From: Gemmatimonas sp.
GTDB lineage: Bacteria > Gemmatimonadota > Gemmatimonadetes > Gemmatimonadales > Gemmatimonadaceae
NCBI GenBank assembly: GCA_965279375.1
Contig: OZ257156.1
Coordinates: 2,400,001-2,464,000 of the forward strand
Direction: 5' to 3'
DNA length: 64,000 nucleotides
Both the position numbers and the translations under genes were made by a program. Position 1 is the first letter of the stretch. The number at the start of each line of letters is the position of its first letter. A model generated the notes under the pieces. The model did not search any database and was not told the origin of the DNA. It worked only from the letters and a program-made list of their open reading frames with translations. Below, one piece after another: positions 9,991 to 19,762 of the stretch.

Positions 9991-10197
9991 TTAGACCAGG
10001 CGAGCCGTAACCGGGGCCGACACCAACGACGTCTTCTCGCCGCCCTTCTCGCCCGCTTCCGCCTTCTCGCTTTCAAAGTGGCGGTTGGTCAGTACTACGA
10101 TGCCGAACAGAATCGCGCCGATGAACACGGCGCCTCCGATCAGCCCCATGAAGGCGGCGCCCATGTCGCTGCCGGCTGCTTCGTGATGCTGGCTCAT
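9991..10197 (-). CDS. Small single-TM hypothetical protein
   Basis: 68 aa with a hydrophobic core, co-oriented 19 bp downstream of the cyclophilin gene. Confidence 0.6.
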   Translation of the reverse strand: MSQHHEAAGSDMGAAFMGLIGGAVFIGAILFGIVVLTNRHFESEKAEAGEKGGEKTSLVSAPVTARLV

Positions 10198-10216
10198 GCG
10201 ATGCCCTATGGTGGGA

Positions 10217-10687
10217 TCAGTCTGCGTCGGCGACGCGCACGGAAATCATGCCGTCGTTCGCGACGATGGTCGGGAGGATCTCGAGGCCGGTCGTCACCTG
10301 ACCGAACACCGTGTGAACCCCATTGAGATGACGCGTGTTGGCCTCGCTCAGCACGAGAAAGAACTGGCTGCCGCCCGTGTTCTTGCCGGCGTGCGCCATC
10401 GAGAGCGCGCCCACCTTGTGCTTGTGCGGGTTACCCGCCGTCTCGCACTCGATCGTCCAGCCAGGGCCGCCGGTGCCAACGCGACGGTCGCCCGCCGGAA
10501 GCTCCTTGGAGAGCGGATCGCCGCCCTGCACCACGAAGTCCGCGATTACACGGTGGAACTTGACGCCATCATAGAAGCCGGAGTTCGCCAGCTTCTCAAA
10601 GTTTGCAACGGCCTTGGGCGCCTCCGCCGGAAACAGCTCGACGGTCAGGGTCCCCTTGTTCGTTTCGATAGTGGCCAGCTTGGGCAC
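10217..10687 (-). CDS. Cyclophilin-type peptidyl-prolyl isomerase
   Basis: [54 protein letters not shown] before the GTG. Confidence 0.96.
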   Translation of the reverse strand: MPKLATIETNKGTLTVELFPAEAPKAVANFEKLANSGFYDGVKFHRVIADFVVQGGDPLSKELPAGDRRVGTGGPGWTIECETAGNPHKHKVGALSMAHAGKNTGGSQFFLVLSEANTRHLNGVHTVFGQVTTGLEILPTIVANDGMISVRVADAD

Positions 10688-10778
10688 GGAATCCTCGGGT
10701 GCGATTGGTACAAGTGAATCGGAAACGTAGCGCAGGGGCGTCCGGGGCCGCTACGCCGGACCCGCCCATGCCCCGCCG

Positions 10779-11501
10779 TTAGCCCTCGGGCAGCTCCACC
10801 GAGGGACACACATCGGCCAACAGGCACTGGCCGCAATCCGGCTTCCGCGCGAAGCAGCGCCGCCGGCCGTGCCAGATCAGCAAGTGCGACAGGAGCGCCC
10901 AGTCTTCCCGCGGAAACAGCGCCATCAGCGCCTGCTCGATCCGGATCGGGTCCGGCTCCCGCGTCAGGCCAAACCGCCGCGCCAGTCGCTGGACGTGTGT
11001 ATCCACGACGACCCCTTCGTTGATGTCGAAGGCGTTCCCCAGGATCACATTCGCCGTCTTCCGTCCGACGCCAGCCAGCGCGGTCAACTCGTCGATCGTC
11101 CGCGGCACCTCGCCGCCGTGCGCGCGCTCGAGCGACTGCGCCATCGCCACCAGGTTCTTCGCCTTGGCGCGATAAAAGCCCGTGGAGCGCACGATCTCCT
11201 CCACAGCGGTCAGCTCCGCCGCCGCCAGCGCGGCGGCGTTCGGATAGGCCTCGAACAGCGTCGGCGTCACCATGTTCACGCGCACGTCGGTGCACTGCGC
11301 GCTCAAAATCGTCGCGCACAGCAGCTCGAACGCATTGCGGTGATCCAATTCGCAGTGCGCATCAGGATACTCGGCCTTCAGTCGCTCGAGGACCACGGCT
11401 GCGAGCTCCCGCTTGGCTGCCATCGTACGCGGCGACTTGGCCACCAGCGGCGCCCTCTGCGACAGCTTCTGCCCCGCGCTCTTGTTCGCCCGACGCGCCA
11501 T
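10779..11501 (-). CDS. nth: Endonuclease III
   Basis: LSAQCTD, HhH GVGRKTANV, VVDTHV, 4Fe-4S motif CFARKPDCGQCLLADVC. Start placed at ATG 11501, just after the polX stop. Confidence 0.96.
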   Translation of the reverse strand: MARRANKSAGQKLSQRAPLVAKSPRTMAAKRELAAVVLERLKAEYPDAHCELDHRNAFELLCATILSAQCTDVRVNMVTPTLFEAYPNAAALAAAELTAVEEIVRSTGFYRAKAKNLVAMAQSLERAHGGEVPRTIDELTALAGVGRKTANVILGNAFDINEGVVVDTHVQRLARRFGLTREPDPIRIEQALMALFPREDWALLSHLLIWHGRRRCFARKPDCGQCLLADVCPSVELPEG

Positions 11502-11511
11502 CAGACGCTGC

Positions 11512-13287
11512 TCAACGGCTCGCGGCTCCGCGCACGACGGACAGCGGTCGGCCACTCCGGCGTGCGCGCGCAAACGCCAGCACGTCGTCGGCACTGCGGC
11601 TGTTGAGGACGTCCGCCGCCTCTAACCATCCCTTGCGCGCCACGGCGACGCCCATCTCCAGGTGCTCGAGCCCTTGCGGCGAATGCGCATCCGGCCCGAT
11701 CGACACCAGCGTGCCCGCCGCACGCGCCAGCTTGCACGCGCGCCAATCGATGTCGAGACGATGCGGATCGGCATTCAGCTCGATCGCGACGCCCACCTCG
11801 CCCGCCTTGGCGATCACCGCCGCCATGTCGATCGCGTAGGGCTCGCGCGTCAGCAGCAAGCGCCCGGTCGGATGGCCCAGAATCGTCAGATGCGGATCGT
11901 CGAGCGCCTTGAGTACCCGATCGGTCATCTGCCGCTCGTTCATGCCATAGCGCGTGTGCACCGAGCCGATGACGAAATCGAAGCGATCCAGGAACGTCGT
12001 GTCGTAGTCCAGTCGACCGCACGGCAGAATGTCCGCCTCGATCCCCTTGAGCACGCGGAAGTCGATCCCTTCCGATGCGAACTGCGCGTTCAACGCATCG
12101 ATCTCCGCATGCTGCTGCACGATCGCGTCGCGCGAGAGTCCCCCCGCGTACGTGTTCGATTGCGAGTGATCGGACACACCCAGATAGCGCAAGCCGCGCG
12201 CTCGTGCCGCGGCCGCCATGTCAGCGATCGTGGCGCCGCCGTCGCTGTAGTGCGAATGGCAGTGCAGCGCACCCACCAGCTCGCGTTCGGTCAACAGCGC
12301 ATCGAACGAACGGAGCGCCGCTTCCTCCACCTCGCCCGCGCCTTCCCGCTGCTCGGGTACGACGTACGAGAGTCCGAGATGCGCATACAAATCACGCTCG
12401 TGCAACACCGGCAGCAACGCTCCATCGGCACCGCGCAGTTCGTCGCCGGCCAGCACGAGGTCGCGGGCCGCCGCACGCTCGGTCATCTGCTTCACGTGCG
12501 CCGCGCTTCCGGTCGCTCTCCAGAACGCCAGCGGAAACTGCTCGGGGCGCACGCAGGTGATGTCCACCTGCACGCCGTCATCGAAGCGCAGTGTCATCGA
12601 TCGACCGCCGCCGCCAAACGCCGTCTGCACGCCGCGCAAATGCGCGAGTGACGCCGCCACGACCGACGGCGCACCACGCACGGCCGCGACCAAGTCGATG
12701 TCGCGGACCACTTCGGCGCGCCGATGAATCGAGCCCGCGATCTCCACCTGCAGCACATCAGGATGCGCCGCGACCGCTGCGCGTACTCGGTCGGCCTCGG
12801 CGCGCGCGTGCTGCCAAAGCACGAATGCGCCAGTCGCGCGCAGATCGGCGATCCCCTTGAGAATCTTTTGCGCCGTGCGCTCACCAAAGCGCGGGAGCGT
12901 GGCCAAGCGACCGTCACGTGCGGCGGCGTCGAGCTCCTGCAGCGACTCGACATGCAGCCCGTCATGGATCTGTCGGATGCGTGCCGGACCAAGGCCGGGA
13001 ACGCGCAACATCTCGAGCAGTCCTTCGGGGGTTTCTTCCTGCAAGCGCTCGAGCAGCGACGAGGAGTTCGTGTCGGCGAGTTCTCGCAGCAGGTCGAGTG
13101 CAGCGGGGGCAAGCGCGTTGCTCGCGAAGCGGTCCTCGCGAAGCGCTTCGTCGAGCGGCGATGAGCCCTGCGCCGCCGCAGCGCGCGCGGCCACCTGCAT
13201 CGCGCGAACACTGAATCGATCCTCGCCGTGCAACTCGAGGAGCGTGGCCACCTGCGTCAGTGCGTGCGCCGCGCCTTGGCAATCCAT
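11512..13287 (-). CDS. polX: DNA polymerase X fused to a PHP domain
   Basis: RVPGLGP HhH, GSIHRR..VRDIDL, QVDI, PHP motifs HCHSHYSDG, SDHS, GIEADI, LGHPTGR, GPDAH. Confidence 0.92.
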   Translation of the reverse strand: MDCQGAAHALTQVATLLELHGEDRFSVRAMQVAARAAAAQGSSPLDEALREDRFASNALAPAALDLLRELADTNSSSLLERLQEETPEGLLEMLRVPGLGPARIRQIHDGLHVESLQELDAAARDGRLATLPRFGERTAQKILKGIADLRATGAFVLWQHARAEADRVRAAVAAHPDVLQVEIAGSIHRRAEVVRDIDLVAAVRGAPSVVAASLAHLRGVQTAFGGGGRSMTLRFDDGVQVDITCVRPEQFPLAFWRATGSAAHVKQMTERAAARDLVLAGDELRGADGALLPVLHERDLYAHLGLSYVVPEQREGAGEVEEAALRSFDALLTERELVGALHCHSHYSDGGATIADMAAAARARGLRYLGVSDHSQSNTYAGGLSRDAIVQQHAEIDALNAQFASEGIDFRVLKGIEADILPCGRLDYDTTFLDRFDFVIGSVHTRYGMNERQMTDRVLKALDDPHLTILGHPTGRLLLTREPYAIDMAAVIAKAGEVGVAIELNADPHRLDIDWRACKLARAAGTLVSIGPDAHSPQGLEHLEMGVAVARKGWLEAADVLNSRSADDVLAFARARRSGRPLSVVRGAASR

Positions 13288-13340
13288 GCCCCAATATAAG
13301 GGGCCGGAGCGCACGCGCGTGCTATGCCATCAGCATCGCG

Positions 13341-13378
13341 TCAGCGGAACTTCAGCGGAGCTTGAGCGGAGCTTCAGC
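13341..13378. repeat. 11-bp tandem repeat T(C/G)AGCGGA(A/G)CT, about 3.5 copies
   Basis: tcagcggaact tcagcggagct tgagcggagct tcagc. Confidence 0.8.
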
Positions 13379-13829
13379 TTTCGACGCCGGCCAGCATGCG
13401 GGCCTGACGTACCAGCTCCACCATCTGCTCCTCGGTCAGCACCATCTCCTGCATTGCCGCGTCTCGGTCGAGCAATCCGGTACGCATGCTCACCGCCACC
13501 TGATTCAGGTAGCGGATCTTCGCGAGGACCTCGAGCGTCAGCTGGCGCAGGCCGTGAAAGCGACGCTTCTCGGCGTTGGCGCGGCGATACCGACGGAGCA
13601 GCTCCTCCGGCGTCATGCGCTGGGCGAGCGCCAGCACTTCGTCTTCGGTACGCCCGGGCAGCACCCCGCGATCAGGGATGCCGTTGTTGGCCCAGGCCAG
13701 GTCGGCGAACCAGAGCCGTCCCACGAACTCCACACCGTCGTGCGAGGTGCGCACCGTCACCGTGAACGGACGTCCATCCACGTCGAGCGTGGCGATGGCA
13801 TTCTGCGTGACGCTGCCGAAAGGGATCAT
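13374..13829 (-). CDS. Hypothetical protein
   Basis: Protein-like composition (beta-rich N half, helical C half), co-oriented within the gene run. Start uncertain. Confidence 0.65.
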   Translation of the reverse strand: MIPFGSVTQNAIATLDVDGRPFTVTVRTSHDGVEFVGRLWFADLAWANNGIPDRGVLPGRTEDEVLALAQRMTPEELLRRYRRANAEKRRFHGLRQLTLEVLAKIRYLNQVAVSMRTGLLDRDAAMQEMVLTEEQMVELVRQARMLAGVES

Positions 13830-13860
13830 GATGGAGCGAAGTGGGACAGCGGAAACACCC

Positions 13861-14751
13861 TCAAGTCGGCTCGAAGCGCGCCATGGCCTCGAACAACGCC
13901 TGCGGCTGCTCGACGTACGGAACGTGGCCACAGCTGGGCAATTCCACGAACCGTGCCTGCAATGCCTCCGCGACTGCTTGCGCCGACGCGAGCGGGATCG
14001 GATCCGCTACGCCATGTACGACGAGCACCGGCAGCCGAACGGCACGGGTGAGCGCGCTGAGCGCAGGACGCAGGTCGAAATCGCCCAGACTGTCCCAGAT
14101 CGACTGCTGCACACGCCCGGTCACGCGAAACGGTGTCAGCGCCTCAGCACGGGACGGATCGGCGAAATAGCCAGCCACGCTCAACTCGAAGCTGCGCTGG
14201 CGATACGCCACGGGGTCGCTCTCGCGCAGCCCCGAGGCAGCCAGCTCTGCACGCAGCGCCTGGATCTCCGGGCCACGCAACCGCGCCGCCAGCTCCGTCT
14301 CGAAGTCGTTGCGCCACGCCCGCGTGATCGGCGCCGGCGAGATCAGGATCAGCCGTTCGGGCATGGGCATCGCACCGTCGCTTTGGCTGGCCTCGATGCA
14401 ATAGAGCATCGCCAGCAATGCGCCCCACGAATAGCCGACCAAGGTCGCGGTGCCCATGCCAAGCTCCCGCCACACGAGCGCGAGATCGTCCACCTGCGTC
14501 CGCCAGGTGATCGGCGCCGGGTCGTCCGTCTTGGAGCGACCGCCTCCACGCTGGTCGTAGGTGACCACGCGATGACGGTCGGCCAGTGCCAGCAGCTGTG
14601 GATACAGGTAGTCGTGGTGCGCACCCGGACCACCGTGCAGCAACAGCATCGACGCGCCGAGTTCCGGCCCGTCCTCACGCCAATAGAGCGGCACAGGCGT
14701 GGTCGTCGTCATGCCATCACGACGCGCGGCAGGAATTGCGGGGGCGGCCAT
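13861..14751 (-). CDS. Alpha/beta hydrolase (proline iminopeptidase-like)
   Basis: LLHGGPG, YDQRGGGRS, GYSWG nucleophile, HGVADP, CGHVPYVE. Start uncertain. Confidence 0.88.
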   Translation of the reverse strand: MAAPAIPAARRDGMTTTTPVPLYWREDGPELGASMLLLHGGPGAHHDYLYPQLLALADRHRVVTYDQRGGGRSKTDDPAPITWRTQVDDLALVWRELGMGTATLVGYSWGALLAMLYCIEASQSDGAMPMPERLILISPAPITRAWRNDFETELAARLRGPEIQALRAELAASGLRESDPVAYRQRSFELSVAGYFADPSRAEALTPFRVTGRVQQSIWDSLGDFDLRPALSALTRAVRLPVLVVHGVADPIPLASAQAVAEALQARFVELPSCGHVPYVEQPQALFEAMARFEPT

Positions 14752-14803
14752 CAGGCTATGCTCGTGCGCGGAAATGGAGCGGACATCGAGACGATGCAGC
14801 GAT

Positions 14804-15706
14804 TCAGGCGAACTCGTTGGCGATAGCCACCGTACCGACATGCACGCTCACCGTATCCTCGATGTCGCGGCCGTACCCACCGGCGATGACGATCGCGACC
14901 GGCAGGCCGATTTCGCGACATTGCGACAAGACCAGATGATCGCGACGTCGCAAGCCAGCGAAGGTGAGCGATAGCCGCCCCAACGCATCGCCCTCGTGGG
15001 GGTCCGCGCCCGCAAGATAGAACGCGATATCCGCGCGCGCTTCCCGCAGTACGCGCGGCAACGCTTCGGCGAGCAGCGCGAGATAGGGCTCGTCCGTCGT
15101 GCGGTCGGGCAGCTCGATGTCCAGTGTGCCGGGCACTTTGCGAAACGGAAAGTTCTTCGCGCCGTGCATGCTGAACGTGTAGGTGTCGGCATCCTGCGCG
15201 AAGATGGCGTGCGTTCCGTTCCCCTGATGCACGTCCAGATCGATGACCACGGCGCGTCGAATGCGCTGCGTCGCGCGCAGTGCGCGAATCGCCACGGCGA
15301 CATCGTTGAACAGGCAGAACCCTTCACCGTGCGCAGCGAAGGCATGATGGGTTCCCCCCGCCAGATTCATCGCCACACCGGCCTGCAGCGCATGCTCGGC
15401 GACGGCCAGCGTGCCTCCGACGGCGCGTGCGGCGCGCTCCACCAATGCAGCGCTCCACGGGAAGCCCAGTCGCCGCACCGCCGCGTCGTCGAGCGTACCA
15501 GCGCGCACCGCCTGCAGATATGCGGCGTCGTGCACGCGACGCAGCGCCTCCTCGGACGCCGCCTCTGGTGCGTGCACCTGGTCAGCCGCGACCAACCCGT
15601 CGGTTACGACTCGCTCGGCCAAGCGCGTATACTTGGTCACGGGGAAGCGGTGGCCCGGCGGCAATGGGTAGCTCCACGCCGCAGGCGACCAGAGCGAGAG
15701 ACTCAT
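14804..15706 (-). CDS. Histone deacetylase family protein
   Basis: GHRFP, GGTHHA, GFCLFND, DLDVHQGNGT, GADPHEGD, GGY. Confidence 0.95.
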   Translation of the reverse strand: MSLSLWSPAAWSYPLPPGHRFPVTKYTRLAERVVTDGLVAADQVHAPEAASEEALRRVHDAAYLQAVRAGTLDDAAVRRLGFPWSAALVERAARAVGGTLAVAEHALQAGVAMNLAGGTHHAFAAHGEGFCLFNDVAVAIRALRATQRIRRAVVIDLDVHQGNGTHAIFAQDADTYTFSMHGAKNFPFRKVPGTLDIELPDRTTDEPYLALLAEALPRVLREARADIAFYLAGADPHEGDALGRLSLTFAGLRRRDHLVLSQCREIGLPVAIVIAGGYGRDIEDTVSVHVGTVAIANEFA

Positions 15707-15768
15707 GGGCAGCCGATGCGAAAAGGATGAGGCATGAAGTCTAGCGCGACGAACGTCCTCTCGTCGAC

Positions 15769-17382
15769 ATGAGCCGGCTCGGCGCGCCGACTCGCGGAAC
15801 GCCGACGTCGCGCACGCCGGACACCGAAGCGCTTCGCGTGGCCAGCGATGCGCGTGCCTCGCACGCGGTGGCGCGCGCGCTCGTGCAACTCGTGCTCCGA
15901 CTCGACGCGCTGGCCAAGGCCTCGACCATCACGGAGCCACGCGCGCGCGTGGCGGTGCGCGATGCGTTGCGACAACTCACGGCACGATCTCGCGATGGAG
16001 CGCTGCTGTGCCGTGTGGTGGACGGGGAGCTGCTGCTTGAAGGGGTGCCCGTGGGCACGGGGCAGGACGCGGACGATCTCCCGCTCTCGGTGTTGCTCGA
16101 ACGCCTGCTGGCGATCGGCGCAGGCGCGCTGACGGTGCGCGAAGGAGCGTCGCCCGGCGAACTGCTCACCCTCGGGCGCCTGCTGTCGCCGCAGCCGTCT
16201 TCGGGGGCGGCCGTGTCGTCGCCCTTCAGCGATACGCCGACGACCGTCCGCGTCTTCGGGCTCGCCGACGATGCCCCGCTCGAGTTGCTGCGAAGCTGGA
16301 GCGTCTTGGTGTCGCCTGCGGCCACCGTACGCCCTGATGCGGTCTCCACCACGACCGCCGGCGTGGCGCTCGCGCGGCTCGCCGCAGCCCGCACGGACGA
16401 CGCGGCATCGAGCGCCGTGTCCACGCTCGTCGCGCTGCTTGATGAGGCACAGCGTCGTGGCGACGCGCTGGCAGTGGAGGGAGTCGCGCGCGGTTGCATG
16501 GCGCAGTTGCAGATCGTGGGCAGCGGAGGGGGACGGCTGGCCCTCGAGGGCGCGCTGCGGCATCTACTGCGACCGCCGCTGCTTACGCTCGTTGCGCAGC
16601 GTCTACCGCTCAGCGCTGACCGCGCGTCGCTGCTGCAACTGCTTTCGCGTGCGGGTGACCTCGGCGTGGAAACACTGCTCGAGCAGATGCTCAGCACCGA
16701 TGATTCGGTCGCGCGTCGCGCCTACTTCGATGGCATCGTGGCGATGGACGTGGGCTCCCCGCTGCTCTTCGATCTGCTCAACGATTCGCGCTGGTTCGTG
16801 GTGCGCAATGCGGCCGCGTTGCTGGGCGAGATGCGTGTGGAGCACACCGACGATGCGTTGTTGCCGCTGCTGCAGCACGCCGATGAGCGCATTCGCATCG
16901 CCGTGGCGCGTGCTCTCGTGCGCGTACGTAGCGTGAAGGCGTTGCAGGGGCTTCACGCAGCGGTTGACGACAGCAACGCGGAAGTTCGGCGACTCGCCGC
17001 GGCCGCTTTTGGTATCGCCGGGCCGTCCACGGGCGGCATGCGTCCGCCGGCGGCGCGGCTATCCGTGGCATTGGAACGCGAGACCGACGAAGACGTCGCG
17101 CTCGAGATGCTCGCCGCGCTTGGACGACTGGGGAGCGCGGACGCCGTGCAGCGGCTGCTCCGCATCGCGCTGCCCGCATCACCGGAGCCGGGCACGGGCG
17201 CGCGAGCGACGTCGGCGCGGGATTCGTGGCAGCGCATTGCCGCACTGGAAGCGCTGGTGCGGGCACGTGGCAACGCCGTCGTGCCCGCCATTGAACTGCT
17301 GCAAAACGACACCGACCCCGATGTAGCGGCGGCGGCCACGCGGCTGCGGGCCACCGTCCGCGCTGGCGTCAGCGAGCAGTAA
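15769..17382 (+). CDS. HEAT-repeat domain protein
   Basis: DSRWFVVRNAAALLG, HADERIRIAVARAL, DSNAEVRRLAA, DPDVAAAA. Confidence 0.8.
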   Translation: MSRLGAPTRGTPTSRTPDTEALRVASDARASHAVARALVQLVLRLDALAKASTITEPRARVAVRDALRQLTARSRDGALLCRVVDGELLLEGVPVGTGQDADDLPLSVLLERLLAIGAGALTVREGASPGELLTLGRLLSPQPSSGAAVSSPFSDTPTTVRVFGLADDAPLELLRSWSVLVSPAATVRPDAVSTTTAGVALARLAAARTDDAASSAVSTLVALLDEAQRRGDALAVEGVARGCMAQLQIVGSGGGRLALEGALRHLLRPPLLTLVAQRLPLSADRASLLQLLSRAGDLGVETLLEQMLSTDDSVARRAYFDGIVAMDVGSPLLFDLLNDSRWFVVRNAAALLGEMRVEHTDDALLPLLQHADERIRIAVARALVRVRSVKALQGLHAAVDDSNAEVRRLAAAAFGIAGPSTGGMRPPAARLSVALERETDEDVALEMLAALGRLGSADAVQRLLRIALPASPEPGTGARATSARDSWQRIAALEALVRARGNAVVPAIELLQNDTDPDVAAAATRLRATVRAGVSEQ

Positions 17383-18436
17383 AGTCCGTTTCGTTGGTCA
17401 CGGCACGGCACGCTTCGGCAATCACATCCGCTGCGCGATCCAAATCTTCCAGCGAGACCATCTCGTTGGGAGAGTGCATGTAGCGGTTCGGAATCGAGAG
17501 CAGCGCGGTCGCCACGCCTTCGCGCGTCAGATGCATCGCGTCGGCGTCGGTACTGGTGAAACGCCCTGCGGCGTGCACGCTGTACGGCACGTTCAACTTC
17601 GTGGCCGCGTCGCGCAGCAGGCGGAACGCAACCGGGCTCACCACCGAGCCGCGCGTCAGCACCGGTCCGCCGCCGACGGTGTGTTCACCCAGCTCTTCTT
17701 TCTTGACGCCCGGATGATCGGTCGCGAAGGTCACGTCCACCGCGATGGCCATTTTCGCGTCGAGCGACTGCGCGGCCACGCGTGCACCGCCGCCGGAATA
17801 GCCGATCTCTTCTTGCGCCGTTGCCGCGGCCACCACGCGCGCTGCACCCGGGGCCGCCGCGTAGCGACGCAGCGCTTCGAGCACCACGAACGCGCCGATG
17901 CGATCGTCGATCGCGCGCGAGACGATGCGTCCGTTGGGCAGTTCGAGCAGTCGCGCGTCGATCACGCCAGCGTCGCCGATTTCGAGATGCTCGAGTGCTT
18001 CCGCCTTGTTGCGCGCGCCGATGTCCACCCACAGATCGGTGATCTTGGATGCTTTCTCGCGCTCCTCGGGCTTGATCAGGTGAATCGGCTTCTTGCCGAT
18101 CACGCCGAACACGTCGCCGTTGCGACCGATGAAGCGCATCCGCTGCGCGACCAGAACCTGCGGGTCCCAGCCACCGATCGGTTCGAAATACACGAAACCG
18201 TTCTCGTCGATGTAGGTGACGATCACGCCGATTTCGTCGATGTGCCCGGCAAGCAGAATCGTCGGGCCGCCTGAGCCCTCGACCGTGGCCAGACTGTTGC
18301 CGACGACGTCGGCGCGAACGGATGCGAAAGTGGCGGCTTCGTCACGCCAAACACGAGCGGGCGCGGCTTCGAACCCGGACGGACCGGGCGTGTCGAGCAG
18401 GCGCTTCAAAAACGAGATCGAGGAGTCGGTAAGCAT
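17369..18436 (-). CDS. M42-family metalloaminopeptidase
   Basis: PGPSGFE, LAGHIDEIG, RAIDDRIG, QEEIG, YMHSPNE. Confidence 0.93.
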   Translation of the reverse strand: MLTDSSISFLKRLLDTPGPSGFEAAPARVWRDEAATFASVRADVVGNSLATVEGSGGPTILLAGHIDEIGVIVTYIDENGFVYFEPIGGWDPQVLVAQRMRFIGRNGDVFGVIGKKPIHLIKPEEREKASKITDLWVDIGARNKAEALEHLEIGDAGVIDARLLELPNGRIVSRAIDDRIGAFVVLEALRRYAAAPGAARVVAAATAQEEIGYSGGGARVAAQSLDAKMAIAVDVTFATDHPGVKKEELGEHTVGGGPVLTRGSVVSPVAFRLLRDAATKLNVPYSVHAAGRFTSTDADAMHLTREGVATALLSIPNRYMHSPNEMVSLEDLDRAADVIAEACRAVTNETDFTAR

Positions 18437-18491
18437 GGAGGCGAAATATACGCTAGAATTCCGTGGCGTCCCGCCCTCCTCTCGCGTAGCT

Positions 18492-18851
18492 ATGTCGACT
18501 GTCGTGTTGCTTGTGATCGGCCTCGCCGCCGGTGTGTTGTCCGGAGTCTTCGGAATTGGCGGAGGCATCATCGTCGTCCCCGCGCTGATCTACATCGCGA
18601 AGATGCCGCCGCAGCAGGCGGCGGGTACCTCGATCGCGGCGCTCGTGCTCCCACTTGGCGCAGCCATCGCCGCCGTCACGTACTACCGCGCCGGCCATTT
18701 GCAGGTTCGGGACGCGCTCATGATCGCCCTCGGCATGGCCGTCGGCGCATGGCTCGGCGCGCTGGTCTCCACGCACGTCGATGCGGTCGTGCTCAAGCGC
18801 GCCTTCGCCGTACTGATGGTGGCGATGGCCGTGAAGATGTGGGTCAGCTAG
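18492..18851 (+). CDS. Half-size TauE/SafE (TSUP) family membrane protein
   Basis: GLAAGVLSGVFGIGGGIIVVPAL, AAGTS, one TSUP repeat. Confidence 0.85.
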   Translation: MSTVVLLVIGLAAGVLSGVFGIGGGIIVVPALIYIAKMPPQQAAGTSIAALVLPLGAAIAAVTYYRAGHLQVRDALMIALGMAVGAWLGALVSTHVDAVVLKRAFAVLMVAMAVKMWVS

Positions 18852-18859
18852 GCTCGCCC

Positions 18860-19762
18860 TTACAGCACCCGCTGTGCGTGGCGCGGATCCAGCGCGCTGA
18901 ACAACATCGGATTGAAGATGCGCGCCATCGTTTCGATGCCATCCACCACGCGTGGCCCCGGTCGGCTCACCAACGCATTCGCGTCCAGCGCCCATACCTG
19001 CCGGTTCTTGAGCCACGCCCACTCCGGGAGCGTGAGCAGGCGACGCGCCTCCGCCACTGAGGCGGCGAGCCCGTAACCACACGGCGCAATCAGCACGAAC
19101 TCCGGCGACGCCAATTCCAGAGCGGACATCTCCACCGTGGCGGAGTGCTCACCGGCCGTGCCCAGCACGTCCACGCCACCGGCGCGCTTGATCTGTTCAG
19201 GGCCCCAGTGCCCCGCGATGTACACCGGCGCGGTCCACTCGATGAGCGCCACGCGCGGCCGCGGCGCCTTCGCCGCGTGCAACGTGTCGTGCACATGCTT
19301 CACGCGATCGCGGAGCCCAGCCAACAGCTCCTCGGCGTCGCTCTCCTCGTGCATCGCATCAGCCACCGCGACGATGTCGGCGTAAATGCCGTCGAGCGTC
19401 GTCCCGCCAAGCGTCACCACGCGCGGCGTCGGCGACAATCGCGTGGCCAGTGCTTGCACATCGGTCTCGCGCACGGCGCACACGTCGCACAGCGCCTGCG
19501 TCAACAGGACGTCGGGATGCAGCGCACGAATCCGTGGTTCATCGAGTGTGAAGAGCGCGTGTCCTTCGCCCGACTGCGCCTTGACGGCCGCATCGATCTC
19601 GGCGGGATCGGCGCTGTGCGGAATGGCGCTGTGCGTGACGCGCGCACGCGACGCGACGACCTCGGGGTAGTCGCACTCGTGCGTGATACCGACGAGTGAT
19701 TCGGAGGCGCCAAGAAACGCGACGATCTCGGTGGCAGCCGGAAGCAGTGATACGACTCTCAC
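18860..19762 (-). CDS. BtuF-like substrate-binding-fold protein without signal peptide
   Basis: VRVVSLLPAATEI, GITHECDYP, TQALCDVCAV, GHWGPE, SRPGPRVVDGIE. GTGA overlap with the upstream gene. Confidence 0.82.
   Translation of the reverse strand: MRVVSLLPAATEIVAFLGASESLVGITHECDYPEVVASRARVTHSAIPHSADPAEIDAAVKAQSGEGHALFTLDEPRIRALHPDVLLTQALCDVCAVRETDVQALATRLSPTPRVVTLGGTTLDGIYADIVAVADAMHEESDAEELLAGLRDRVKHVHDTLHAAKAPRPRVALIEWTAPVYIAGHWGPEQIKRAGGVDVLGTAGEHSATVEMSALELASPEFVLIAPCGYGLAASVAEARRLLTLPEWAWLKNRQVWALDANALVSRPGPRVVDGIETMARIFNPMLFSALDPRHAQRVL

Noticed and set aside
13341..13378. CRISPR-like array
   Set aside because: Adjacent 11-bp units with no spacers, and no cas genes in the window
15703..15735. 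10-aa uORF MPHPFRIGCP overlapping the HDAC start (ATGA)
   Set aside because: No RBS, and the nearby TAGACT hexamer is only 2 nt from the ATG, so probably chance
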